Shown here one piece after another: positions 28,815 to 39,297 of a stretch of DNA of 64,000 nt (the stretch's first letter is position 1; each line of letters opens with the position of its first letter). Under the pieces are notes generated by a model that saw nothing but the letters and a program-made list of their open reading frames with translations, was not told where the DNA came from and did no database searches. A program made the position numbers and the translations under genes. Origin of the DNA: Phycisphaerae bacterium (GTDB lineage Bacteria; Planctomycetota; Phycisphaerae; SM23-33); assembly GCA_003551645.1 (NCBI GenBank), contig PUND01000134.1:6781-70780 (forward strand), given 5' to 3'.

Positions 28815-30749
28815 ATGGCTTCCAACAAAGTAATCGGTATCGACCTGGGAACGACAAACAGTTGCGTGGCGCTGATGGAAGGCAGTGAGCCGAAGGTGCT
28901 CATCAACCAGCAGGGCAGCAGGGTGACGCCTTCGGTGGTGGCCTTTACCGACAAGGGCGAGCGGCTCGTCGGTCAGCCGGCCAAGCATCAGCAGGTCACC
29001 AACCCGAAAAACACGGTCTTCTCCATCAAGCGATTCATGGGCCGGCGTCATAGCGAGGTGAAAGAGGAAGAAAAGCAGGTCCCCTACGAGGTAGTCGGCG
29101 GCCCGGAAGAGCTGGTCCGCGTGAAGGTCCGCGACAAGGAGTACACGCCGCAGGAAGTCAGCGCGATGACCCTCCAGAACCTCAAGCAGACGGCCGAGGA
29201 TTATCTCGGAGAGGAGGTTACCCGCGCCGTTGTCACCGTACCGGCGTACTTCAACGACTCCCAGCGGACCGCCACCAAGGAGGCCGGCGAAGTCGCCGGT
29301 CTGAAGGTCGAGCGGATCATCAACGAACCGACCGCCGCGGCGCTTGCGTATGGCTGCGAGACGGGCAAGAGCCAGAAGGTAGCGGTCTTCGACTTCGGAG
29401 GCGGTACCTTCGATATATCCATCCTGGATATCGGTGAGAACGTCTTCGAGGTGGTATCCACTCACGGCGACACCCACCTCGGCGGCGACGACCTCGACGA
29501 GATACTCATCAACCACATCGCCGACGAGTTCAAGCAGCAGGAAGGAATCGACCTGCGGCAGGACGCGATGGCGCTTCAGCGGCTCAAAGAGGCCGCCGAG
29601 AAGGCAAAGTGCGAGCTGTCCACCGCTCGCGAGGCGAACATCAACCTTCCGTTCATCACCGCCACGCAGGAAGGCCCCAAGCACCTGCAGACCACGCTGA
29701 CGCGGGCGAAGTTCGAGCAGCTATGCGAGCCGGTGCTCAACCGGCTCATAGCCCCTTGCAAGCAGGCGATGTCCGACGCGAAGCTCTCGGCCGGCGAACT
29801 GGACGAGGTGCTGCTGGTCGGCGGCTCCACGCGGATACCCAAGGTCCGCGAGATAACCAAAGAGATTTTCGGCAAGGAGCCGAACAAGTCCATCAACCCC
29901 GACGAGGCGGTCGCCCTCGGAGCGGCGATACAGGGAGGAATCCTCGCCGGCGACATCGAGGAGGAGATGGTCCTGCTGGACGTCACTCCGCTGTCGCTGG
30001 GCGTCGAGACGCTCGGCGGGGTGATGACCAAGCTGATCGAGCGGAACACCACCATCCCCTGCGAGAAGAAAGAGGTCTTCTCGACGGCCGCCGACAACCA
30101 GACGGAAGTCACCATCCACGTGCTCCAGGGCGAGCGGGAGTTCGCAAAGGACAACCGCACGCTCGGCAGGTTCAACCTGACGGGCATACCGCCGGCCCCG
30201 CGAGGAGTGCCTCAGATAGAGGTAACCTTCAAGATCGACGCAAACGGCATCCTGAACGTCTCGGCCAAGGACACCGCCACCGGCAAGGAGCAGAGCATAG
30301 AGATCAAGGGCACTTCCGGCCTGAGCGAGCAGGACGTCGAGAAGATGCGCAAGGATGCCGAGGAACACGCCGAAGAGGACCGCAAGCACCGCGAGCTGGT
30401 GGACCTGAAGAACCAGTCCGACGCGATGGTCTATCAGATGGAAAAGATGCTCTCCGACCAGGGAGAGAGCATCCCGGCCGAGGACCGGAGCAACATCGAA
30501 AGCGCCCTGAGCAACCTGAAAGAGGCGATGAAGGGCGACGACGCCGATGCCATCAAGCGTGCGATGAGTAACGTCGAGCAGGCGTCGCACAAGGTCGCCC
30601 AGCAGATGTATCAGCAGGCCGGCGGGGCGGCCGGTCAGCAGGCCGCCGGCGGGCCTCAGCCGGGCGCGGGCGGCGACGAAGGCGGCCAGCAGGGCAAAGG
30701 CGACGACGGCGACGACGTTATAGACGCCGAATACGAAGTTAAGGAGTAG
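28815..30749 (+). CDS. dnaK: Molecular chaperone DnaK (Hsp70).
   Basis: [22 protein letters not shown] and the rest of the Hsp70 sequence are present, with a Gly/acidic tail. The start was moved to the internal ATG ([12 protein letters not shown]...). Confidence 0.95.
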   Translation: MASNKVIGIDLGTTNSCVALMEGSEPKVLINQQGSRVTPSVVAFTDKGERLVGQPAKHQQVTNPKNTVFSIKRFMGRRHSEVKEEEKQVPYEVVGGPEELVRVKVRDKEYTPQEVSAMTLQNLKQTAEDYLGEEVTRAVVTVPAYFNDSQRTATKEAGEVAGLKVERIINEPTAAALAYGCETGKSQKVAVFDFGGGTFDISILDIGENVFEVVSTHGDTHLGGDDLDEILINHIADEFKQQEGIDLRQDAMALQRLKEAAEKAKCELSTAREANINLPFITATQEGPKHLQTTLTRAKFEQLCEPVLNRLIAPCKQAMSDAKLSAGELDEVLLVGGSTRIPKVREITKEIFGKEPNKSINPDEAVALGAAIQGGILAGDIEEEMVLLDVTPLSLGVETLGGVMTKLIERNTTIPCEKKEVFSTAADNQTEVTIHVLQGEREFAKDNRTLGRFNLTGIPPAPRGVPQIEVTFKIDANGILNVSAKDTATGKEQSIEIKGTSGLSEQDVEKMRKDAEEHAEEDRKHRELVDLKNQSDAMVYQMEKMLSDQGESIPAEDRSNIESALSNLKEAMKGDDADAIKRAMSNVEQASHKVAQQMYQQAGGAAGQQAAGGPQPGAGGDEGGQQGKGDDGDDVIDAEYEVKE

Positions 30750-30785
30750 CCCACGTCGCGGCGTCAAATCGCCGATGTGCGTATT

Positions 30786-30824
30786 ATAACCGGAGGCGGC
30801 AGTTGCCCTCGGCGGCTGCCGCTT
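30786..30824 (+). terminator. Possible intrinsic terminator downstream of dnaK.
   Basis: GCGGCAG-ttgccctcggcgg-CTGCCGC is followed by ttccgtggtttt. The loop is long and the U-tract is interrupted. Confidence 0.3.
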
Positions 30825-30865
30825 CCGTGGTTTTACGTATCCGTTTGCCGCTGGCGGAACAGGCG

Positions 30866-31720
30866 ATGAGACGCTCGAGAGCACCAGTCCCGCTGATGTG
30901 CATGGCGGCCGTTCTGGCCGTGACGATGATCGCCGGCTGCGCACCTCGACAGCCCTATGTAAACCAGGCCCGGCTCGAACGGGGGCTTGTCATAGTCCTG
31001 CCCGGCATCGAGGGCGGCAGCGTGCTTAACCGGGCGATATGCCGCGGGCTGGACGAGGGCGGCGTCAACACCGCAATAGAGCTGTACGACTGGACCTCTC
31101 GGCTGGGGCCTCTGTACAACCTTCGCGCCAAGCGGCGGAATCGACGCGTCGCCGGTGAAATAGCCGACCGAATCGTTCGCTACCAGGCGGAGTATCCCGA
31201 CCGGCCGGTACTGCTGGTCGGCCAGAGCGGCGGCGGGGCGATGGCCGTCTGGGCGATAGAGGCACTACCGCCCGGAAGCGAAGTGGACGGCGCGGTCCTG
31301 CTGTCGGCCTCGCTGTCGCCGAGGTACAACCTGGACGAGGCGCTGAGCAACACACGTCGCGGGATAGTGAACTTCCACTCACGTCGGGACTGGTTCCTGC
31401 TGGGCGTCGGCACCACGCTGGCCGGGACCATGGACGGCGAGCACGCCTCCTCGGCCGGCAGGACCGGGTTCGTACCCCCTAAGGACATTCCGGTACCGGA
31501 CAACTACACCTGGCTTTTCCAGATTCCCTGGCGGGAGGAGATGGCCGAGACCGGTCACGTCGGCGGACACCTCTCGGCCAGCGCGGCCGGGTTCATCTCA
31601 ACCTACGTGGCGCCCTTTGTCATAACCAGACAGTGGAACCGGCAACTCGTCCATGGGGTCATCAGCCGCGAGTGGTTCAAAGCCGGTCAACCGGGCGGGA
31701 ACTATTATCGGCCCGAATGA
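30866..31720 (+). CDS. Lipoprotein, alpha/beta-hydrolase-like.
   Basis: The lipoprotein signal is MRRSRAPVPLMCMAAVLAVTMIAGC. GQSGG is a nucleophile-elbow-like GxSxG motif inside VLLVGQSGGGAMAVWA. The track ORF starts 21 codons earlier. Confidence 0.5.
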   Translation: MRRSRAPVPLMCMAAVLAVTMIAGCAPRQPYVNQARLERGLVIVLPGIEGGSVLNRAICRGLDEGGVNTAIELYDWTSRLGPLYNLRAKRRNRRVAGEIADRIVRYQAEYPDRPVLLVGQSGGGAMAVWAIEALPPGSEVDGAVLLSASLSPRYNLDEALSNTRRGIVNFHSRRDWFLLGVGTTLAGTMDGEHASSAGRTGFVPPKDIPVPDNYTWLFQIPWREEMAETGHVGGHLSASAAGFISTYVAPFVITRQWNRQLVHGVISREWFKAGQPGGNYYRPE

Positions 31721-32289
31721 CTCACGTCCCCGCGGCCCTGAGCCGTCCCAAAGCAGTCCTGATTAAAGCTTCCGCCGCCGATACGCCGATGGTGGCACTG
31801 AAAGCGCATGGGAGCACGCCTTTGACGGATAAACACGACGGTAACGGAAACGTGGACGCCGCACGCGACGACTACGCCGGACAGGTGCTGGGTGCAGCCA
31901 GCGGCCCGGCCGGGGCATACCTGGCGACCGAGCTTGCCACCGCACCGCCGCGCCGGCTCCGCAGATACCTTATGGACGCCGCGGTTCGCTGCTGCCGCGA
32001 GGCCGTGGACGCCCTGGACGCCGACGACGCCGAACGCGCCCGATCGCGGCTGGAACGGGCGAGGCAGTTGCTCCGGCAACTCCGCGACACACTCGGGACC
32101 CCGGCAGGCGAGCACGTTCGCCGCGCGCATGAGCTTTATGCCAGTGCCGACAGAATGCTCATCGAAGCCGGCCACTACACCCGCCGAAGGACCGTGCTCG
32201 AGACGGTGGACCTGCTTATCGCGCGGCGATCCGTGCTTACCTCACCGGCCAGGGACACCCGGCCGCGCAAGTCCGCGTGGCTGGCATGA
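31717..32289 (+). CDS. Hypothetical protein, weakly FliS-like (helical-bundle export chaperone pattern).
   Basis: ...ATAPPRRLRRYLMDAAV...ERARQLLRQLRDTL...GEHVRRAHELYASADRMLIEAGHYTRRRTVLETVDLLIA parallels the FliS consensus (SASP..Li.mLydGa ... GGEia.nL..LY.ym.rrL..An). The ATG overlaps the upstream stop (ATGA). No flagellar genes are nearby. Confidence 0.3.
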   Translation: MTHVPAALSRPKAVLIKASAADTPMVALKAHGSTPLTDKHDGNGNVDAARDDYAGQVLGAASGPAGAYLATELATAPPRRLRRYLMDAAVRCCREAVDALDADDAERARSRLERARQLLRQLRDTLGTPAGEHVRRAHELYASADRMLIEAGHYTRRRTVLETVDLLIARRSVLTSPARDTRPRKSAWLA

Positions 32290-32473
32290 ACAGCAGCCGC
32301 CTGCTCAGAGCCGAACCCCTGCCGCCATGACGCCGCCGCATTGGCGGCCCGGGAGCGATATCAGGCGCGCATTCAGAAAAATGCCGGATATGCAGCGTAT
32401 TTTCCGCTTCGGTTCCGCCTTTTGCCCGGCTTCAAGCCCCCGCAAGCTCAAGCCACAGTGAGCCTTCCATGGC

Positions 32474-33508
32474 TCAGGTGACCGTGGACCTGATCAGGTC
32501 GATGTTCTCGAGTATCCACTGCACCTTGCGGCGAATCATCTGCAGGAAGGGGAAGCCGCTGATTCGCCCGAAGCTGCCGGTCGCCGCGATCGGCAGCACG
32601 GCCTCGGCGATCATCGCCTCGCACATCAGATACGGCGCCGCCTTCAGCTCGGCGGTGGTAACAACGTTCGAGGCGTCATATCCGCGCAAGAACTGCTCGA
32701 ACCTGGGTCGGTCAACATGCGCCGGCCATTCCAGCGGGTTATCCGATCCCCCGATAATCGAAAACTGCAACGCCCCGTTGGCCAGATCAATCACCCTCGG
32801 GTGCAGCCGGGCCGCGTCGTAGTCTATGACCGCCACCACCTTCCGGTCACGGAACAGCATGTTCCCCGGATGCCAGTCGCCGTGGACTATCTGCCGCTTC
32901 CAGTTGTTCACGCCGACGGCGTTGGCCTGTTCGGCGCAGTGGCGGTAAGCCCGACTGAGCGCCCCCACGGTATCGGTCAGTTCCTGTGTTGACGGGCGGG
33001 ACTCCATCGGCAGCGAACCGACAGTGTTCCTGATGGACTGCTCGATCGTCTCGGCGTCGTGATAGCTGCCGGTCGGCGGGGTGTACGCCCCGGAAAAGTC
33101 CTCCAGCAGCTTGTGGTACAGTCCTTGGACGCGCCCGGCGCTGTATGTGGCCTCGGTGGAGCCGTCGTAGCCCTGCCCCTCGACGAACTCGAACATCTCG
33201 TAGATGTTCGAATCGAGCACCAGCATTGAGTTGTTGTCCTCGCGGGTTCCTACCAGGTGCGGCAGGGGGAAGTTCCGGGCCGCCAGGCGAAGCTGTATCT
33301 CATGGGTGAACGCGACCTTGTCGAGGTCGTCCTTGCCCTTGGCGCGGCGCTTGAACAGGAACCTGCCGCGGTCGGTCTCGATAATGACCTTCGGGCTGCG
33401 GTACGAGCCGCGGGCGAATCCATGAATAGTGCGGACCTTGCCCACGTCGTAGTGCTTCAGGCACCGCTCAAGCTCCTGGCGTGAAAATGTCTCACGATCC
33501 TGTTTCAT
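32474..33508 (-). CDS. Phosphotransferase (APH / homoserine-kinase-type-II family) protein.
   Basis: The Brenner motif HGDWHPGNMLF and the VIDYD motif are present. The length of ~340 aa fits the family. Confidence 0.65.
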   Translation of the reverse strand: MKQDRETFSRQELERCLKHYDVGKVRTIHGFARGSYRSPKVIIETDRGRFLFKRRAKGKDDLDKVAFTHEIQLRLAARNFPLPHLVGTREDNNSMLVLDSNIYEMFEFVEGQGYDGSTEATYSAGRVQGLYHKLLEDFSGAYTPPTGSYHDAETIEQSIRNTVGSLPMESRPSTQELTDTVGALSRAYRHCAEQANAVGVNNWKRQIVHGDWHPGNMLFRDRKVVAVIDYDAARLHPRVIDLANGALQFSIIGGSDNPLEWPAHVDRPRFEQFLRGYDASNVVTTAELKAAPYLMCEAMIAEAVLPIAATGSFGRISGFPFLQMIRRKVQWILENIDLIRSTVT

Positions 33509-33616
33509 CGGAATCGACTGACAGTCGAATCATAGTGTCACAGGCGTTGTTTGCAAAGCGTCTGGTCTTGCCCGTGCTGGACCGCCAGGTCCGCCGGTGC
33601 GTATAATCAGCCGCTG

Positions 33617-34492
33617 ATGGTCAGAATCGTCGTAACAGCCGACCTGCATTACAACATTTCGCGCTCGCGCGAACCGGCGCGACGCGTGGCGGACGACGCT
33701 TGCTCCGCCGGAGGCGACGCGATTGTGCTTGTCGGCGATACTGCCGGGGCGGCCACCGGCCCGCTGCTGGAGTGCCTGCGGCTGTTCGAGCGGTTCCCCG
33801 GACGGAAACTGCTCGTACCCGGCAACCACTGCCTCTGGTGCCGCGACGGTGAGGACTCGCTGACCCGCTACGAGAGCGTGGTGCCGGCCGTGGCGGCCGA
33901 GGCGGGCTTCCATGTCCTCGACCACGACCCGGTAGTCATCGGCGATGTGGGACTGGCCGGCTCCATCGGCTGGTACGACTACTCCTTCGCCGACGAGTCG
34001 CTGGATATCCCCGAGCCGTTCTACCGGGCCAAGGTCGCTCCCGGAGCGGCGGCGGTCCTTACCGAACACCGCTGGCTCGTGGAGGCCCATCGACCGCGGC
34101 TTCATGAGCGGCACTACATGCTCGGCGCCCGCTGGATGGACGGCCGATATGTCCGGCTGGGCATGAGCGACGAGGAGTTTCTGGGGCTGCTCTGTGATAA
34201 GCTCGCCGGTCAATTGCGACGCCTTGCGGACTCGGCCGGCGGAATAGTCGCGTTCACTCACCACCTGCCGTTCGATGAGCTTGTCCCTCGGAACCGTCCG
34301 GACCGGTTCGCGTTCGCGGCCGCCTACATGGGTTCGCCGCGGCTGGGGCGCGTGCTGCTGAGCGAGCCGAAACTTTCGCACGTGTTCTGCGGGCACTCCC
34401 ACTGGCCCGGACGATGGGAAATCGACGGCGTTACCGTCGTCAACGTCGGAAGTACCTACAGCAATAAGCGCCTGGAGGTCCTGGAACTGTGA
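33617..34492 (+). CDS. Calcineurin-like metallophosphoesterase.
   Basis: The motifs are VVTADLHYN, VLVGDTAG, VPGNHC, FTHHLP and CGHSHWPG. The start is the internal ATG (MVRIVVTADLHY). Confidence 0.7.
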   Translation: MVRIVVTADLHYNISRSREPARRVADDACSAGGDAIVLVGDTAGAATGPLLECLRLFERFPGRKLLVPGNHCLWCRDGEDSLTRYESVVPAVAAEAGFHVLDHDPVVIGDVGLAGSIGWYDYSFADESLDIPEPFYRAKVAPGAAAVLTEHRWLVEAHRPRLHERHYMLGARWMDGRYVRLGMSDEEFLGLLCDKLAGQLRRLADSAGGIVAFTHHLPFDELVPRNRPDRFAFAAAYMGSPRLGRVLLSEPKLSHVFCGHSHWPGRWEIDGVTVVNVGSTYSNKRLEVLEL

Positions 34493-35865
34493 AAATGTCC
34501 GACAAAGCGATCAGAATCGCCGTCCTGGCACTTGCCTGTTGTGTCGCGGCCGAAGCCGCCGGGGAGTTGCCTCCGGACAACCCGCGGGTAACGCCGGTGG
34601 TTACGGCCTACCGAAAGGTCCGGCCGGCGGTGGTGAACATATCATCGGAAACGATAGTCGAAACCCGGCGCGGCTTCGGACGCGATCCATTCGAGGACAT
34701 CTTCCCCATACCCGACCCGTTCACGAGGCGGGTTCCGGTGGAGTCGCTGGGGAGCGGATTCCTTATCCATCGCGACGGATATGTTGTCACCAACGCCCAT
34801 GTGATCCGGCGGGCGCGTGCGATTCGCGTCTCGCTGCAGGACGGTGGGAGCTTCGACGCCCGCGTCATCAGCGCCGCGCCCGAACACGACCTTGCCGTGC
34901 TCAAGATAGAAGCCGACGACGGCGACCTGCCGTACCTGCCGCCCGGCAGAAGCGACGACTTGATGGTCGGCGAAATCGTAATCGCCATCGGCAACCCGCT
35001 GGGTTACGCCAACTCGCTGACCACCGGCGTCGTCAGCGCCGTTAACAGGAATCTGGACTTCCGCGGCGGCGTCAGCTACGAGGGGCTTATCCAGACCGAC
35101 GCGCCCATCAACCCCGGCAACAGCGGCGGACCGCTGCTGAACATCAAGGGCGAGCTTATCGGTATCAACACCGCCATCCGCGCCGATGCCCAGAACATCG
35201 GCTTCGCGATACCCATCGGCACGCTCATCGAGGAGCTGCCCGATCTGCTGGATTTTGAGCGCATCAACCGCGTGGAGTTCGGCGCCTCCGTTGTCCAGCG
35301 GTTAAGCGACGACGGCTGGGAGGTGATCGTATCGGCCGTCGACCAGGACAGCCCCGCCTCGGCCGCGCTGTACGCCGGCGACCGGATCGTCGGTATCAAC
35401 GGCAGGGAGGTGGAGCACATCTTCGACTTCACCTGCGATATGCTCTCGATGCCCGCGGATGAGGAGATCAATTTCAGCGTGGTCCGCGACGGCCTCCGGC
35501 GGGAGGCCGCCATCCGCCTGACGTCCAGGCCACGGCCCGACGGCAAGGCCCTGGCCGAGCGGCATTTCGGGCTTACACTGCGCCCGATAGACCAGGAGTT
35601 GGCCCGTGATCTGCGCCTGGCGACCGACCGCGGTCTTCTGGTGGTGGGCCTCGAGGACGGCTCGCCGGCCGACGCTCTGGGCATCGGACTAAAGGACATC
35701 CTGTTTCAGGTGGATCGGTTCTACGTGGACGACCTCGAGACGCTCGGCGAGATACTGGAATCGGTCCGGCCCGGCCAGGCGGTCCGAGCGGGCATCGTCC
35801 GCGGCAACGTTGCCGTATGGGCAAACATCCGCGCACGAGCGGCGGACGAAAGGCAGGGCATATGA
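34489..35865 (+). CDS. HtrA/DegP-family periplasmic serine protease with PDZ domains.
   Basis: A signal peptide is present. The catalytic His/Asp/Ser triad of S1C proteases is visible in TNAHV, DLAVLKI and GNSGGPLLN. A C-terminal PDZ-like region follows. The ATG overlaps the upstream stop. Confidence 0.8.
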   Translation: MKMSDKAIRIAVLALACCVAAEAAGELPPDNPRVTPVVTAYRKVRPAVVNISSETIVETRRGFGRDPFEDIFPIPDPFTRRVPVESLGSGFLIHRDGYVVTNAHVIRRARAIRVSLQDGGSFDARVISAAPEHDLAVLKIEADDGDLPYLPPGRSDDLMVGEIVIAIGNPLGYANSLTTGVVSAVNRNLDFRGGVSYEGLIQTDAPINPGNSGGPLLNIKGELIGINTAIRADAQNIGFAIPIGTLIEELPDLLDFERINRVEFGASVVQRLSDDGWEVIVSAVDQDSPASAALYAGDRIVGINGREVEHIFDFTCDMLSMPADEEINFSVVRDGLRREAAIRLTSRPRPDGKALAERHFGLTLRPIDQELARDLRLATDRGLLVVGLEDGSPADALGIGLKDILFQVDRFYVDDLETLGEILESVRPGQAVRAGIVRGNVAVWANIRARAADERQGI

Positions 35866-37070
35866 AGATCGTCATCGCGCCCGATTCGTACAAGGAATCG
35901 CTGCCGGCGGCGGATGCGGCCGCCGCGATGGGCGAAGGAGTGCTGGACGCCTGCTCCGGCGCCGTTGTGGACCTGTGCCCGCTTGCGGACGGCGGAGAGG
36001 GGACTGTCGCGGCATTGTCGGCGGCGACCGGAGGCCGGCTCATAACCGCCGACGTGTTCGACCCCATCGGCAGGCCCATCCGCGCCCGGCTGGCGCTTCT
36101 GGGGACCACGACCGGCGCTGGGCTGCCGGGCGAGTTGGGCTTCTCGGCGGCCGTGGCGGAACCGGCCGGCGAGCCGTCACCGGGGCATACCGCCGTGGTG
36201 GAGATGGCCGCGGCGTCGGGGCTGGCGTTGGTGCCGCCGGAACACCGCGACCCCCTGCGGACGACAAGCTATGGAACCGGCCAGCTTATCGAGGCCGCTC
36301 TGGACGCCGGAGCCGAGGAGATAATCATCGGTATCGGCGGCTCGGCGACCTGCGACGGCGGCAGCGGCGCCGCACAGGCGCTCGGCGTGCTGTTTGCCGA
36401 TGCCCGGGGCGCGGAGCTTGTGTGGGGGTTGTCCGGGGGGCGGCTGGCGGAGGTGGACGACATCGACCTGTCCGGCCGGGATGAGCGTCTGGAGCGGGTC
36501 CGGATTCGCGTCGCCTGCGACGTTACCAATCCCCTGACCGGCCCGGACGGCGCGGCCAGGGTTTACGCTCCGCAAAAGGGCGCCACACCGGAGGCCGTCG
36601 AGACGCTGGAGGCGAATCTGAAGCGCCTGGCCGAGGTCATCCGCCACCGACTGTGCGTTGATGTGGAGCGGCTTGCGGGCGCCGGGGCGGCCGGCGGGCT
36701 GGGGGCGGGGCTGGTCGCCTTCGCCGGCGCGACGCTTGAAGAAGGCATCGAGCTTATTGCCGAGGCGGTCCGGCTGCGGCGACGCCTGGCGGGCGCCGAC
36801 CTGCTTATCACCGGCGAGGGCCGGCTCGACGCCTCAAGCGGGTTCGGCAAGGCGACGGTGGGGGCGGCCCGCATCGCGGCCGACTGCGGCGTGCCGGCTG
36901 TGTGCGTGCCGGGCACGACGGACGGCGAGCCGGGCGTTGAGCGGCTGTTCTCATCGGTGCGGCCGCTGGCCAGGACCAGCGAGGCGGCGGAGCTGGCGAT
37001 ACGCGAGCCGGCCCGGCTGATTCGGGAACGGACCGCCGAGGCGGTGCGGGAATTCATCAGCGCCGGCTGA
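35862..37070 (+). CDS. Glycerate kinase (GlxK/GarK family).
   Basis: MKIVIAPDSYKESL and ...LITGEGRLDASSGFGKA are characteristic of the family. The ATG overlaps the htrA-like stop. Confidence 0.8.
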   Translation: MKIVIAPDSYKESLPAADAAAAMGEGVLDACSGAVVDLCPLADGGEGTVAALSAATGGRLITADVFDPIGRPIRARLALLGTTTGAGLPGELGFSAAVAEPAGEPSPGHTAVVEMAAASGLALVPPEHRDPLRTTSYGTGQLIEAALDAGAEEIIIGIGGSATCDGGSGAAQALGVLFADARGAELVWGLSGGRLAEVDDIDLSGRDERLERVRIRVACDVTNPLTGPDGAARVYAPQKGATPEAVETLEANLKRLAEVIRHRLCVDVERLAGAGAAGGLGAGLVAFAGATLEEGIELIAEAVRLRRRLAGADLLITGEGRLDASSGFGKATVGAARIAADCGVPAVCVPGTTDGEPGVERLFSSVRPLARTSEAAELAIREPARLIRERTAEAVREFISAG

Positions 37071-37134
37071 GCCGGCTTGTCCGCGGACGCCGGCGGCGGT
37101 AAGCTGCCCGCTTTCGGACGCTCCTGGAAATAAC

Positions 37135-38430
37135 ATGGATTACTTCGAATACACTAACGGCGCCCTTCGCTGCGAGCACGTGCCGGTGTCCGAGATCGCC
37201 GCCCACGTGGGAACGCCGACTTACGTTTACTCCGCGGCCACGCTGCTGCACCACCACAAGGCGATAGCCGAGGCGTTCGACGAGTTGAGCCCCACGGTGT
37301 GCTTTTCGGTTAAGTCGCTCGGTAACGTGCACATCCTGCGCCTGCTGGCCGAGGCCGGCAGCGGCTTTGACGTGGTATCCGGCGGGGAGCTGGCGCGGGT
37401 GCTCGCGGCCGGCGGCGAGGCGGCAAAGGTGGCGTTTGCCGGGGTCGGCAAGACTGACCGGGAGATCGCCGAGGCGGTCGATGCCGGCATCATGGTCTTC
37501 AACGTCGAAAGCGAGCAGGAGTTCGAGACCCTCTCTCGCATCGCCGGCGAGCGAGGACGGAAGGTCCGGGCGGCGCTGCGGATAAACCCCGACGTGTACG
37601 ACCTGGCAACGCACCGATACACCACCACCGGGAAAAAGGCCACCAAGTTCGGCGTGGACATCGACCGGGCGGAGGATTTCTTCGACGCACATGGCCGAGA
37701 TGAGCACGTCCGGCTCGACGGCGTGGACATGCACATCGGCTCGCCGATCTACTCGGCCGAGCCGTACGTCCAGGCCATCGGCCGGTCGCTGGAGCTTGTG
37801 GATCGGCTGCGGTCGAAGGGTCATGAGATTTCGCTGCTGGACCTGGGCGGCGGATTCGCCGCGGACTATGAACAGGGTGCGTCGCCGCTGGCCGCTGACT
37901 ACGCCGAGCGGATAGTCCCGCTGCTGAAAGGCAGGGACCTGGAACTGGTGGTGGAGCCGGGTCGGCAGATCGCCTGCAACGCCGGGATACTGCTGACGAG
38001 GGTCCAGTACGTCAAGCAGGGCGGCGACAGGCGGTTCGTGATATGCGACGCCGCCATGAACGATCTGCTCCGTCCGGCGCTGTACGACGCCGAGCACTTC
38101 GCCTATCCGGTGCTGCTGCCGGCCGGCGAGCCGCCGCCGCATCGCAGCGCGGGCTACGAACCGGAAGGCGGCGTTAAGGTGGACCTCGTCGGCGGGGTCT
38201 GTGAGACGTCGGACTTTCTGGCCCGCGACAGGTCGCTGCCGCCGCTGGATCGCGGCGACCTGATGGCGATTTTTTCAGCGGGGGCTTACGGCTTCGTGAT
38301 GTCCAGCCAGTACAACGCCCGGCCGAGGGCGGCAGAGGTCCTGGTCCGCGGAGACTGGTGGCGAATCATCCGCCGACGCGAAACCTACCAGGATCTGATG
38401 GGGCCGGAAATCGTTGAGTGGACGGATTAG
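37135..38430 (+). CDS. lysA: Diaminopimelate decarboxylase.
   Basis: The fold-III PLP decarboxylase motifs are CFSVKSLGNVHILRLLAEAGSGFDVVSGGEL and RINPDV...YTTTGKKATKFGVD. A C-terminal CETSDF-like block is present. Confidence 0.85.
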   Translation: MDYFEYTNGALRCEHVPVSEIAAHVGTPTYVYSAATLLHHHKAIAEAFDELSPTVCFSVKSLGNVHILRLLAEAGSGFDVVSGGELARVLAAGGEAAKVAFAGVGKTDREIAEAVDAGIMVFNVESEQEFETLSRIAGERGRKVRAALRINPDVYDLATHRYTTTGKKATKFGVDIDRAEDFFDAHGRDEHVRLDGVDMHIGSPIYSAEPYVQAIGRSLELVDRLRSKGHEISLLDLGGGFAADYEQGASPLAADYAERIVPLLKGRDLELVVEPGRQIACNAGILLTRVQYVKQGGDRRFVICDAAMNDLLRPALYDAEHFAYPVLLPAGEPPPHRSAGYEPEGGVKVDLVGGVCETSDFLARDRSLPPLDRGDLMAIFSAGAYGFVMSSQYNARPRAAEVLVRGDWWRIIRRRETYQDLMGPEIVEWTD

Positions 38431-38472
38431 GCGCGAAAAGGCAAGTCGGGGCGGCCGGTCTTGGCCCGCGGG

Positions 38473-39273
38473 TCAGTCCTTCAGCAGGCCTCGCAGAAAT
38501 GCGACGTTCTTCTTCGCCGTTTCCACGGGGTCTTCACCGCCTGTTTCGATAACTGCCCAGCCGTCGTACCCGACCGCTCGCAGTGCCTGCACAACGCCTC
38601 GGAAATCCACGTCGCCCTCACCGAGGGGGATGTCGTAGTCCGGCGGCTGGCCGGAGACCAGCCGGACGTCCTTGAAGTGCACCTGTGCTATGCGGCCCGG
38701 TCCGAGGTCTCGTATGAAGGTGACCGGATCGAGCTTTCGCGCGTAGGCGTTGCCGGTGTCGTAGTAAACCTTCACGTTGGGCGACCCGGACAACGCGTCC
38801 AGCAGATATTCAATCTGGTCGGCGTTGAGCATGGACTCGATTCCGAGCGTGACGCCGGCCTGCTCGGCCGGCTCGATAAGCTCGTTCAGCGCCTCGGCGG
38901 CCTTGTCCAGCTCGTCGGAGAATTCGATGGCGTTCTGTCCGAAAAACGGCACCAGCACCACCGACGCGCCCGCCTCGGCGGCCACCGCTATCGTCCGGCG
39001 CAGCAGGTCGAGCGTTTCACCGGCCGCATCGACGCCGTTTATCAGCGACGGCTTCTTGTTGATGACGCCCACGCACAAGCTCGGCAGCTCAAGCCCGTGT
39101 TCGTCGGCCAGCGCCTTCAACTCGGCGGCGTGTCCGTCTTCTTCAAGCTTCGAGGCCTCTTCGGACGTGTAGTACATCGCTTCAACGCCGTCGGCACCCG
39201 CCTCGGCGGCCCTCTTGAAGGCCTCGGCGCGCGTCTCAGCGCCAAGAAACATGTCTGTTATGCCGATTTTCAT
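38473..39273 (-). CDS. Sugar phosphate isomerase/epimerase (xylose-isomerase-like TIM barrel).
   Basis: The assignment rests on the family pattern MKIGITDMFLG...AGADGVEAMYY... and the length of 266 aa. Confidence 0.6.
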   Translation of the reverse strand: MKIGITDMFLGAETRAEAFKRAAEAGADGVEAMYYTSEEASKLEEDGHAAELKALADEHGLELPSLCVGVINKKPSLINGVDAAGETLDLLRRTIAVAAEAGASVVLVPFFGQNAIEFSDELDKAAEALNELIEPAEQAGVTLGIESMLNADQIEYLLDALSGSPNVKVYYDTGNAYARKLDPVTFIRDLGPGRIAQVHFKDVRLVSGQPPDYDIPLGEGDVDFRGVVQALRAVGYDGWAVIETGGEDPVETAKKNVAFLRGLLKD

Positions 39274-39297
39274 GAAGAAGTCCCTTGCGGCGGCCGG

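Noticed and set aside
29721-30944. A 407-aa ORF antisense to dnaK. Similar long antisense ORFs are 12434-13507 (antisense to the kinase), 15412-16686 (antisense to the TadG-like gene), 21126-22127 (antisense to cpaF), 40409-41977 (antisense to nadE), 49588-51486 (antisense to the TPR gene), 51602-52666 (antisense to the aminotransferase), 54510-55679 (antisense to gatB), 45588-46760 and 47035-48060 (antisense to the SPOR and flippase genes) and 7051-8322 (antisense to the PPDK_N gene).
   Set aside because: High-GC genomes are poor in stop codons on the antisense strand. The sense-strand partners have unambiguous conserved motifs (Hsp70, Walker A, amidase signature and so on), while the antisense translations are Arg/Pro/Gly-rich low-complexity sequence. 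A long antisense ORF opposite hsp70 is a well-known artefact.
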